Assembly: GCA_036172245.1 (NCBI GenBank)
Contig: JAYWIR010000001.1
Coordinates: 9,796,001-9,860,000 of the forward strand
Reading direction: 5' to 3'
Source: Raillietiella orientalis
Taxonomy: Eukaryota
Length of the DNA stretch: 64,000 nucleotides
A program made the position numbers and the translations under genes. This document shows, piece after piece, positions 1 through 11,100 of this stretch (positions within the stretch are counted from its first letter, which is position 1; each line of letters opens with the position of its first letter). The notes beneath the pieces are model-generated. The model did no database searches and had not been told where the DNA came from. It saw nothing but the letters and a program-made list of their open reading frames with translations.

Positions 1-2881
1 CGATTTTTGCCTTCTCGCATTGGAGCTGTCCGCAGCACGGACGAAGGGGGACGGTGAGTGGAGCGGTGGCGCCACTCCGGAGAATCCGCGCGCTTGCCGG
101 GAAAGATTCCGGCTGATAAGACGGCGAGAACGACCAGTTGTTTTCTCTCTCTCTCTTGCTCTCGGCTCACGTAAGGAAGGGATAAAGTTTTCGTGGACGC
201 GGGAAATTGGCAAACCGCGTTTCGAAGACTAGAGGAGAACTTTTGCTCCGAACGGGTGCAAGTGAAGGGGGAGGAAGAGTCGGAAACTTTTCGGGAACGA
301 AGGGAAGAGCGCGACGAGGAGGAGGAGGAGTAAGGAGGGGGGGGGTTCCCTGGAAAACGGGGAAGGCGGGATGAGCGTGGAGGCAGCCCTCCCTGAGTTC
401 CGAAGCGAGAGGGAAGCTTTTCCCGAACGGAGGCGGCAAGGGTAGGGACACCGCGCGATACATCACGATCCATGGAAAACATCTGGCCTGCAAAAGCCAA
501 TAAAGGAAGCGTTTAAGAAGAAGGGGGGAGGAACGAAAAAAGGAAGCAGAAGAAAAGGAAAAAGGAAAAAAAAGAATGCACACGGGAATTTTTCAGAGCA
601 TCTTCAAATTGCGAAAGGATTAAGAAAGATGGATTATCGCGCTGCTCGGGAGAAGAAGATGCAAGGGGAAAGGGGAGAGGATTTCGGACTGGGAGACAGC
701 CCACGGTGCGGTGAACTGGAATGGCGTGACGGGGAGGATGGAAGGAGTGGGGAGGAAGGAAGGAAGGAAGTAGGGTTGCAAGCGTCTCTGCCCGGGTCGG
801 ACCGCGGGCGGTGCTGGAGGAGGACGCAGCGCGGCTGGAGGGGCTCCGGGAGGCGAAGTGGAGGGGAACCGCGCGGCGTGGGAAGCGTCGGAGCCGCAGG
901 ACAGACACGCGGAGCAGTGCGCGCGTCCGGCGATGGCCTCGAGCTGAGTAGAGATGCGTGTCCGACGAAAGGGCCAAGTGATTCGAACGATGATGAAGAG
1001 TCGTCGCTTAGGAGCGGCGAGAGGTGAGTGACGGGGAGGCGGGAGGGGATCGGGAAAAGGCAGAAAAGCAGCCGCGCGAGCGGGGAGGAGGAAGGGCAGC
1101 GTGCTGCTTCCCTCCTTTTGTACCCTCCCTTCGGAAACGCGGAGATTTCCGGGACGAAAAGGCGGCCGTCGCAGGGCGCGCCCGCCCTTCGCTGGGTTTC
1201 CCGGCCGTTTGGGGGAGATGCTAGGCCGAGGCAGGAGCGAAAGAAAGCGCCCACCGGGAGGAGGCGGAGGGAGGGACGGCACGATGCGCGGAGAGGGGAG
1301 CGAGGCGGGAAGGAGGGAACTCCCGCATCAGCGGCGGGAAAGGGTCACGCCGTGCGCGCTCCTGGATGGACTCCCGGGAGCGCGCGCGCGGTCGTCAAGC
1401 GGGCACGCAGGAAGCGAACGTTCCCCCTCGCGTCCTCGGCGGCGTCGCCGGGGGAAATCCCTCCCGCCTCGCTTGCGGGAGACGTCCCGCGCCGCCGTCC
1501 ACGCGGTAAATCACCCGTTCACGAGCGGACATCATAAACGGGATGATTTAAGGGAGGAGGGCGAGGAAGAGGAATGCAGGAGGAAGGAGGAAGGAAGATG
1601 GTGCCGGCTATGGTGACGAGGAGGAACGCTGCGCCCGAGAGCGCGGAGCAGGCCTGCAGCAGCGTTCGCTTCCGTGGAAACGAGCCGGTCGTGCGCGCGA
1701 GCGGCGCTTCGTCCTCCCCTTGTGGTGTCGCCGGGGCATCGGGAGCGGGGACTCGGCTCCTGGAGAAGCCTCTCCGACCCCTCTCTCCTGCAGGATGGAG
1801 GCCTCCCGTCGCCGTTGCCTGGCAATGCCCGCAAGGAAGCACGTACCCTTCGGGTCTGGACTCCCAAAAAGGGCGGACGAATCGACGGAAAGGGGGAGAG
1901 CAGGCCTCGTTTGGTTCCTGCGGGGGGGGGGGAGGAAACGATTCTTCGAGACTCTCACCGAGGCTGGCAGTCCTGTGAGGTCAGGCTCGCACGCACGGAA
2001 GCGCGACGGTATGCACAACTCGTTCTTGTACCCCTTTCCTTCCCCTGTGCATCATCTCGCCCTCCCCCGTTGCCACGGGAGAGGAATCTCCCCGACTATT
2101 TTCTGAATGTCCTGGAAGGCTGCATCCATCGCTCTTCCGCCGGGAGTGGTCCGACGCTCTCCTCTCTTCCCAGCACCTCCGTTGCCATGACAGCAGCAAT
2201 CGCTCCGTGGACCACTCCTGCCGCTTCCCTCCGGAAACTCAATCGAACGGCCCTTTGCACGCAGCCTCCCGAAACCGCCTGCATGCGCGTCGTCGTCGAG
2301 GGCACGGACGAACGCAACGCCATCTGCTTCCTCTTCCCCCCCCCCGCATGTCTTTCCCAGGGATACGCGCCCATTCCCTTACCGAAATGTCCGCCTCCTA
2401 GGCGAAGGGTGCGCTCTGTCGGGAGCGGGAGGTGAAGAATGGCCGGGGTCCACCGTCCCCCCGGCTCTCCTTGTCCACGGGCATGGGGCGCCCGATGTTC
2501 CTGGAAAGTGCATTCTCGGCGCGCGAATGCTGCGGGGCATCGACCCGGGGAGGGAGGAAGAAAAGCCCGCAGCGTGTCCTCAAGACATGTATTTTCTCCT
2601 TCCACAGCCCTACCCCCTTTTTCTTGTTTTTGCGGGGAGGGAGAGCAGGAAGGAATGGAGAGGGACAGGAGGGAGGGAGGGAGCGGGGAGACGATCCCCT
2701 ACGGGACTCTCGTCAACGATGGCAGTCCTGTGAGGACAGGGGGGCGGGACAGCATCGCTCCCTTTGCCGTCGACCATTTTCCGTGTTCGCTCCACAAGCC
2801 CCTGGGCGGGCGGGTGGGCGGCAGGGCAGCATCATGATCCCTCGCATGCGTGGACTAGAAGTGGGGACGCCCGGGCGCCCC

Positions 2882-4492
2882 TTACAGCTCAGTGACGGGT
2901 GCCATCTTGAGCGGGAAGCGGTGCTGTTGCTGGTGGTGGTGATGGTGCTGCTGCTGGTGGTGGTGGTAGTGGTGGTGGTGGTACGGGCCGAACGGGTAGG
3001 CCGGCCCCCGGTGGTGCTGGTAGACGCTGGCGCCGCCGCAGCCGGGAGTCTTGCAGGGCTTCGCCGTGGACTCCTTGCGCGAGCGGAACTGCTTGAGGGT
3101 CAGGTGGATCCTCCGCCGAAACTTGAGCCACACGAGGGCGAACGAGAGGGCGAGGAGGAGGAGAGGCAGCACCGTGCAGATAGCAATCACAGCTTCCGGG
3201 GAGGCCAGGCGTCCAGCCGCGGCAACGCAGCCGATGTCACGGTCGGTCAGTTCGCCAAGGGGGCGGCCGCTGAGGGCCTGGGGCGTATCACAGAATGCAA
3301 GGACCCCGTTGGAGGCACGCGACAGCTGCAGGAGCCAGCGGAGGTCGCACCGGCAGCTGAGGGGGGCCGACGACAGGTCGAGGAGAGCCAGCTGGTTCCA
3401 CGGGCCGGCCGCCTCCGGCAGGAACACCAGCGCGCTCCCGTGGAAGCTGACCTCCCTGAGGCTGGGGGCCGGGAGGAGCGCCCCGGCCTCGAGGCGGTCC
3501 AAGGAACGGGTGCCGTTGAGGAGCAGCGTGTGCAGCCTGGGGAGGTGCTGCAGAGCTCCGGGATGGATGGCGCGCAGTCGGGAACAGCCCGCGAGGTCCA
3601 GCAGGCGCAAGTGATGCAGTCCGAGGAAGGCCTCGGCCCGCAGCGCCTCCACCGGGTTGCGCCCGAAGCGCAGCTCGGCCAAGGCCTTGAACGGGGACAG
3701 AGAGCCCACGGGCACATCCTCGAGGCCGGCATCGGCCAGGGAGAGCGCCTCCAGGCGCTCGATCCCGAGGAACGCGCCCCGGGAGACGTCGGCTAGTCTG
3801 TTGCCGGAGAGGTCGAGGACGCGCAGCTCGGACTTGGAGCCGAAAGAGCCCTCGGGCAGCGAGGAGATGCCGTTGCTCCCCAGGTACACCTCGGCCAGGG
3901 TGAGCAGCGGCCTCAGCGCCTCCGACGGGACCCGCGCCAAGCTGTTGCTTTCCAGGTGCAGCCTGCGCAGGGAGCGCAGCTCCTCGAAGGCGCCCGGCTG
4001 CAGGTGCGAGATGCGGTTGCGGGACAGATCGAGGTCCCGGAGCGCCGAAAGCGTGCGGAAGGTGCCGTTGGCGATTCTTGACACGAGGTTGCCGGAGAGG
4101 TCCAGTGACCGCAGGGCCCGGAGGTGGTCAAACACCCGCCCGTTGAGGTGTTCGATACGATTCCTGGCCAGGCTGAGCTCGCCGAGGCGCGGCACGCTGT
4201 GGAAGTTAGACGCGTCCAACTCGGCCACCTCGTTGTCGGACAGGTCCAGGCGCTCCAGGTCGCTGTAGGGGTACAGCTGCTCCTTGAGCTGGGTGACGAC
4301 GTTCTTGCGCAGCACCAAGCGCAAGAGGAACGGGTTCAGGGTGATAGGGATGACACCCAGGTTGGCGCCCGTACAGTCCACACTCAGCGACTCCTCGTCG
4401 CAGCTGCAGCCGGCTGGGCAGATGGCCGCGGCCACGTGAGCCACCAGCGAGAGGATGATGAGCTGCAGCGTGGAGAGTTCGCGCAGCACCAT
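2882..4492 (-). CDS. Tartan/Capricious-family leucine-rich-repeat type-I transmembrane protein (536 aa, single coding exon)
   Basis: The ORF track starts at 4528 on a non-ATG codon; the first ATG is at 4492 (MVLRELSTLQLIILSLVAHVAAA, a signal peptide). It is followed by an LRRNT (CPAGCSCDEESLSVDC...IPITLNP, the Trn/Caps-type motif), about 12-13 LxxLxLSxNxL repeats, an LRRCT (PLSCRCDLRWL...CDTP...C), a TM helix (AVIAICTVLPLLLLALSFALVW), a His/Gln tract and a C-terminal PVTEL PDZ-type motif. A tttcag acceptor at 4515 implies upstream non-coding exon(s). trn versus caps orthology cannot be resolved by eye. Confidence 0.9.
   Translation of the reverse strand: MVLRELSTLQLIILSLVAHVAAAICPAGCSCDEESLSVDCTGANLGVIPITLNPFLLRLVLRKNVVTQLKEQLYPYSDLERLDLSDNEVAELDASNFHSVPRLGELSLARNRIEHLNGRVFDHLRALRSLDLSGNLVSRIANGTFRTLSALRDLDLSRNRISHLQPGAFEELRSLRRLHLESNSLARVPSEALRPLLTLAEVYLGSNGISSLPEGSFGSKSELRVLDLSGNRLADVSRGAFLGIERLEALSLADAGLEDVPVGSLSPFKALAELRFGRNPVEALRAEAFLGLHHLRLLDLAGCSRLRAIHPGALQHLPRLHTLLLNGTRSLDRLEAGALLPAPSLREVSFHGSALVFLPEAAGPWNQLALLDLSSAPLSCRCDLRWLLQLSRASNGVLAFCDTPQALSGRPLGELTDRDIGCVAAAGRLASPEAVIAICTVLPLLLLALSFALVWLKFRRRIHLTLKQFRSRKESTAKPCKTPGCGGASVYQHHRGPAYPFGPYHHHHYHHHQQQHHHHHQQQHRFPLKMAPVTEL
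2918..2981 (-). repeat. Coding (CAC)n/(CAG)n microsatellite encoding HHHHHYHHHQQQHHHHHQQQH in the LRR protein cytoplasmic tail
   Basis: Visible ggt/gct triplet runs on the plus strand, translated in frame. Confidence 0.85.
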
Positions 4493-7400
4493 CCTACAGT
4501 TGATCACATGGCGCCTGAAACGTGACACAGAGAAAGGAGTGGAAATCGGTCCTGGGCGGGGAGGGTCAGCTGATGAAAGCTAACGACGACAACATCGGCG
4601 GCGGCGCAACGGCGGGTTCGCCTGCCGAAGTGACCGGACGAGGCATTCCGGAAGGACCGAGGAGGACTTTCCGATCCCTTTCGGGATCTCGCGAAACCGT
4701 GGGAACCGACCGGAGGGTGTCGCCCCCGCCCTGCCCACCCGCTTTCGTCTGCTTGTCCGTCGGTCTTCGGAGACGACATGCGGATCTGCTCGGACTGCTT
4801 CTCCGTCTCCGAGACGGTGAACAAGACGGAAAGAGTGAAACAGGATGAGCGCGGCATCGCGGACGTCAGACCTCCCCCTCTCCCCGAAAGAGGTCGATCG
4901 CTTGCATCTGGAGCGGCCGACGCTGATTCGATTTGCATGTTGATTTCGGAGATAAATCAAAGGCTCGCCCTCCCTTGCGAGAGGCGATTTGCGCGTTTGT
5001 CTTCATGAAGCACCGATTTGCAAGAGAAAGCGTATCCAAATAAGATAGTTTTCCCTCATAAATCAAAATTGAACTGCGGCTCATATATCAAACGGGAATT
5101 GGAAGCAGAAGAGGAAGAGGAACGAACGGTTCAGGAACGCTTGTGTTGAAGTCAGGAACAAACCACGTCTCAAAGCGCCGTCGGGCCGTCCGTCCTCTGC
5201 GAACAAAGCGGGGGAGAGGCGGATCGCAGCAGCAGCAGCCGAGGCCGCTGGCAAGGCACTCCCATAAAATGATCACTCGGGAGAGATGTTTCTCGGATTA
5301 CAAAGAAAACACGTCAGGCACGCTCGCACCGCTGCCGGATCGCGTCCAGGACCCGTGTCCAAGAGAGAGAGGAGGGGAGGGAGGAAGAGAGAGCGCGCGC
5401 TTCCCGCAGGACTGCCGACGACTGGGTTCGCGTGGAGGAATCCTCCCCCCTCCCCCCCAGCCCGAATCAGCATCTCTTGAATAACCTCTCTCTCTCGAGC
5501 CCATTTGTCCTCGGCGCGGAGAGGACGCGCAACGCGCTGAAAACGCACGGGAACGCAAATGTCTTCAGCTATCAGCATCCCGAGTTGGAAGAGGAAGGAC
5601 ATTAAAACGAGGAGGGGGGGGGAGAGGAAACGTGATGGTTTCGCTCTCGTTTCCAAGGAACGAATTTGTTATGCAATCACGAGAACATGAACTGCTTGTC
5701 TTCAAATGCAAAGTGCGTGAGAGGTCAATTATTTGAAGTATCAAGATAGCATTACAGATAATTAGGGCAAGGATAATTGCTGCAGTTAATCTAATCTTAA
5801 ACATGAAAGACAACCCGATACAAAATTCTGCAAGCTTCGGGATCGCGAACAAAAGACTCCATCTTCAAAGCGAGCACACGATTCCGTTGTCTTAATCATG
5901 AATTTATTTCACGGAAGTTGCGTGGCCCGCGGGGCCCTTAGGATGTTTCTTGCTGATTTTCGAAATTGCTTCCAAGAGAGCCAAAACGGCGAACCGCCGA
6001 GCTGCCATTCGCAGAACGGCAACAGCCGCTCGCGACGACAAACCCGCAGGGAGGCGAAAAATCCCGAAACGTTTGGGAGCTTTCAGCCTCTTCGTCTCGA
6101 TGTGAGGTGGCCCGGAAAACCCGACGAAGCTGCGGCTGCGGCGCACACACCAACGGAAGGAAACGACCGAGACGTCCGGCGACTCGAAGACCCGGGAAAG
6201 AACGCTCTCCCCCGACTTCCTTCCCCCCCCCCTCCCCCCGTGCGCGCGCGCGGGAAGCGGTGGAGCACATTTTCCTTTTCGTTCCAACTTGGCTTTGCGT
6301 CTGTCATCGACTTTGCGTCGATTTGTGCTGATGGCCGCAAGAAACGAAAGGGGGGAGAGGAAGGAAAACATCCGATCAATTTTTAACCCGCTGAGAATCT
6401 CTCCGGGATGAAGTTCCTCCGGTGGAAGAGGAATTCCTACCTCTTGCCCTTAACGAGAAGTTTTTTTTTTTTTTTTTTTGCCTTCTTTCCACGCAGTTTT
6501 ACTTTCCCAACAACTAAATGACAAAGAAGGAAAATTGGCCAGGAATGCTGACAAGACGAGAAGGCGTATTTCAACCCTTTCAGGTATGCTGACAGCGAGG
6601 CCTGCTTATCAGCTGCGGGATAGACAAGCGCGTGAAATTTGTGTAAAATTGTCTATCCCGTAACTAATAAGCGGATCCTCTCAGCAAATGGAGCGATTTA
6701 CGTGCATTTCCCAGGCTTCATAAAAAGGGAACATTTTTATACTTCGGGTTCCCAGCTTCTGTGGTCCGAGTGCTGGCTGCAGACAGCGGCGCAGCACATA
6801 TCGGGAAATCAATTAATGGGATCGATGCTGCGAGCAACCGTCGGAGGAAAGAAAATGGAAAACCTGGGAAACCTGAAGGCCGGGAATGGTTGGTTCCATC
6901 TGGATTGCTGCTGCTACACCTGGAGGAATTCCTCCTAAAGGAACAGGAAAACATGATGGCGCCTTTTGCAGCATCGTGGCACCGTTGGAGACGATACCAG
7001 TTTAGATGCAACCAACTTTTAAGTTCAAGCATGGCTTTTTCTTTCTTTCTTGTAGCCAAAGAACCTCCTCCTCTCCCTACCCTTCTGGAGAGGAAAGGAG
7101 ACGGGAGAAGACAACAAAAAAAAAAAAAAAAGGGGGAGGGGGGGAACGAAAATTCCTTCTGTGCGCACGGAAAAGACGTGCGTTTGAAGCGATTTCACGA
7201 GCCGCCACCGACGACTGAAACGTCAAGCGTCACCCATCCGACGGGTGGGAAATGGACGGGGAGGCAGAAATCCCGTCATCAACAATGGAGGAGGCAGGCA
7301 GGCAGGTGCGAGGAAGCCTACGCGCTGCAACAATGCGGCGACGACCGCCGGGGGGGGGGGGGATTAGAAGCCGGCGACGGGTTATAAATACGACGATTCC

Positions 7401-8161
7401 GATCCTTCGAGAACTCTCTCGACGATCCGAGACGAAACTTTCCCCATAGACGGCGCCCCCGCCACGGGATGCGGGGGAGCGGAGGATGCGATCGCCGATG
7501 CCACAGCAGCAGCAGCAGCTCGGGAGGCGACGAAGACGATTTCCATCCGGAATGAATCAGCTCGCAGCATTGGATAGGATTCGTGAGTGCTTGGCAAACA
7601 GATGAGATTCCGACGCCCCACGCTGAATGAGCTCGATGTTTGCAGGATCGAGTCACGTGCATGCCAACGAGGAACAAACAATACGGAAGATCGAGATTAC
7701 CCAAAAAATCGCCCCTCCCCCCTTCCGATGGTTCCGTCTGCGCGGATCCTTCCAAATGCAGTTGGTGGACGTCCTCCGCTACGCTCCGAACGCCCTTCCC
7801 CAAAGAGGATTTCCGAAAGCGCTTGGGATTCCTGAAGACCCTCGGAGACATTTGCACTTAAGGCGGGAAAGACGCTTACGTCGACAACGATATAATGATT
7901 CCGATAAAAATTAGTGAACCGAAAACCGGATAAATGTGATACACCAAGAGGATTTCACTGATGATCTGATGCTAAATGAGAAAAGATCAGTACCGGACTT
8001 TCGAAAAGAAACTTCAGAGAAAACTCCGCCCAGGAAGCAACAGAAACAAAGGGACACGCGGGAGGCTGGACTGCTAACTGTATGGACCAGTCGCAACGAG
8101 TGCAGTGGCATGCAATTCACTAGCCGATCGTCTCAAGCTGCACCGATTTTCTCTCCCTCTC

Positions 8162-8196
<35 letters not shown>

Positions 8197-11100
8197 GCTT
8201 TGGAGAGAACTGTGGAATACTGCAGAAAACAAAGGATGACTTTTTTGCTTTGCTTTGTTTGTTTGTGTCTCCTTTCTCCCTCTAAAGTAAAGAATGCACG
8301 TGCATCAGATAAAACACGATGGAGTTCGGAAGGTCTCCATCTCTGCTCGCAAATGCACCTCTCCATCCTTATTCCGCGATTATCGAGATAGAAAAATGAG
8401 GTGAGACCTCAGCACTGCGAGTCCTCCCTCTCCTGCGTTTGTAGGGGATTAACACCCTCAAGTATCCACGCTACTGATGTACATGGGCGAGTCGGGATCA
8501 AGGGAGACCCAGAAGAAGAAGAAGAAAAAAAAAAAGACCCGCGAGTGTAATGGACTTCTAGATTTATTTGCATCGACCGGTTCTTCATCCATCGCGAATA
8601 CCTCGTCATACGACCAGCTGAAAAGATCACTACAGCACATCGTATTTATGGATTCATTAAACGGACACGAGGTATAAATTTGGCTAAGGTTTCTGGATAA
8701 AATATGAGCGCTCGTACGAAAACATCCCAACTCCATTTATGAATTTGTTTGTCGTGGAAACCGATGCATCTTTGGGAAGAAAAAAAAAAAAAAAGTCCTC
8801 TAGCGACAGGTCGATTTCAAAGCTTGCCAGAGAAGAAGAAAAAAAAAAAAGCGCCCATCAGGAAATCTTTCGAAATGAACTTTGGTGACTTGGGAGCAGA
8901 ATCACAAAGGGAGAACAGTCTGGGAGCACATTCGAAACGACTTCCCTGTTCGAAACAGAGGACTTCATCGCCCATGAATGCACGGTCCTCGTGTTCCCAA
9001 GTGAACAGGAGACTGAAAGAAATGCCCGGCTTTTTCAATGAAGGCTTACAAATGAGGACAAGTTTCGCCTCCTCGAATGCCTCGGGATCTAATAAACAGG
9101 ATAGGAATCAGCTTTGGAAGCGCGAGAAGCAAGGGGGGGAGGGGGAGGAGGGGGAGGAGGGGGGGATATTCCTTTCTGCTGCATTCTGTGCGGCATTATG
9201 AAGTTGTTTATGGCCCCCGAATTCCACCCTCTGTGACGAGCGCGTTTGATTGGAAAGAACGAATCCGTTGAAAGAAAATACATGTTAGCCGAGCAAGTGA
9301 TGTGAAAACAAATAAATGGTGTTTGAGAGGAGCTCCGAGCATCATCTCATTTCGATACTCTCAAGAGAAACAGCGCCTGTTCGGGGCGAGATGCAAACAC
9401 GGGAGCTGCTTCCGCCCGTTGCTGCCGAGGAGAGACGAGGCGACCGTAACGAAGGAGACCAGCGAGAAGAGCTCGGATCAAAAGAGTGCAAGTGAAGCAT
9501 CCTGTCCACCGATCCGGCCGGATTCGACACGCTCGTGAGAGTTTTGTTCTTTTCGCGATGGCTTCGGGGCTGGAGCGAAAAGGGGTAAGGAGAAGAAGGC
9601 TGCTGCAACCCTCTCAAGAAGCCTTAAAGGAGAAGTGAATTAGAACCTGAATTTTTTTTTTTTTTGCTTCTTCTTCTTCCGAATGCGGATAGCTCCCAAG
9701 ATGGCATCTTTCCCGGCAGATACGGGGAGAGTTCGGAGCGACTGAGAGGCATTTACGACCAAAATGAAAAGAACTGTTGTGATAGGGCACCGCGAGGCTC
9801 ACCAAAATGGCGCGCGTTCCTCTTTTAGCCTACGTGGAAAGAAGAGGCAAATCGCAATCGTTCGTTAATGCAACTTTCTATCTCTTCTTCTCCCGCGTGT
9901 GTTCCTTTTTTTGGTTTGGGGGGTTTTGGGCGGGGAAGGGGGGAGTTCCTGGAAGAAATGAGCGTAAAAACAAAAAACAGAATCCGGAACACTGTGTGAA
10001 GCAACGGCTCCTTCAATTAAGCAATGGGAGCTCGGGATTTAGATATGCATCGATGGCTCCAATAAGCATGCAATTATATAAAACTCGAGAGTGGTTTTCA
10101 AAACAAGCAAAACGGATCCGGAGGGAGGGGGAGGGAAAGGACGAAAATAATCTAAAGTTGCATCCAACCAAAGTGGAATACGGGAAGAAAAACACACACA
10201 CACACATACGTACAGCAAACGGAACGAGCAGAGGTCCCCAGCCAGAACGAAAGAAAAATATGAATAAACAAAAGAGGCAACTCTCAGGGAGCAATCATTT
10301 CGAAACGGATTTTATTTACCTTCCGCTATCTTTCGGAATTCGATCGATCCGCGTGGTGACGTTCGCACAGCCAAAACGATGATGATGATGTCTCGCGGGC
10401 GGAAACGGACGGAAGAAAAATCCTCAAGTGCCCAGCAAGAGATACACTGGTTATCTCTGCACCGGATGAGGACGTGTGGCTCTTTTTTTTCTTAATAAAA
10501 AAAATACAGGATGGATTTATTCGGTGGGATAGAAAGATCGCCGAGAAACACACATGAAGAGTCGCTGGAAAAAAAGGAAAAACGGAAAAAATCACAGGAA
10601 TCAACGGCGTGTTGCGGAACTTCCTATTCATCGTCTTTCTCCCCCCCCCCCCTCTCTGTGTGCGTGAGTGTATGTGTGTGTTCCCTGGCCGCAACCTTTT
10701 CGCGTTGCAACGAGAAATCACATGTGTGGCGTTTCCGCACACTTACAGCACAAAATCACCGCACACACGACACACTGTCGCCGTTTGAAGGAAAGGAAGG
10801 GGGGGGGGGAGGGAGGAAACGTCTTCATTTCTGGCATTCTTTGCATATCGCATAGTAAATGGGCAGAAAAAGGAAAAAAAAGGTGGCAACAGTTGTTCGT
10901 CAGTGTTGCCATTACCACCTGGATTGTGGAGAAGGGCTTTTTTGGTTCGAAAGTTCGCCGCGAAGCGAATAGATTTATTTGCTCGTGCGGCCTTCATGTT
11001 ATTTATGTAGTTTTTTTTTTTTTTTTTTTTTTTTCTCCCTCCCCAGAATGTGGATTTTTGATTCAGCAGTGGAACTGACGTGCGACGCAGCTTCCTCGGG

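Noticed and set aside
2432..4525. Long plus-strand ORFs (454, 203 and 187 aa) opposite the LRR gene
   Set aside because: Antisense shadows of a GC-rich CDS.
8164..8196. T-run followed directly by an A-run (self-complementary)
   Set aside because: Homopolymer runs are ubiquitous in this window, and there is no evidence of a retro-element tail or function.
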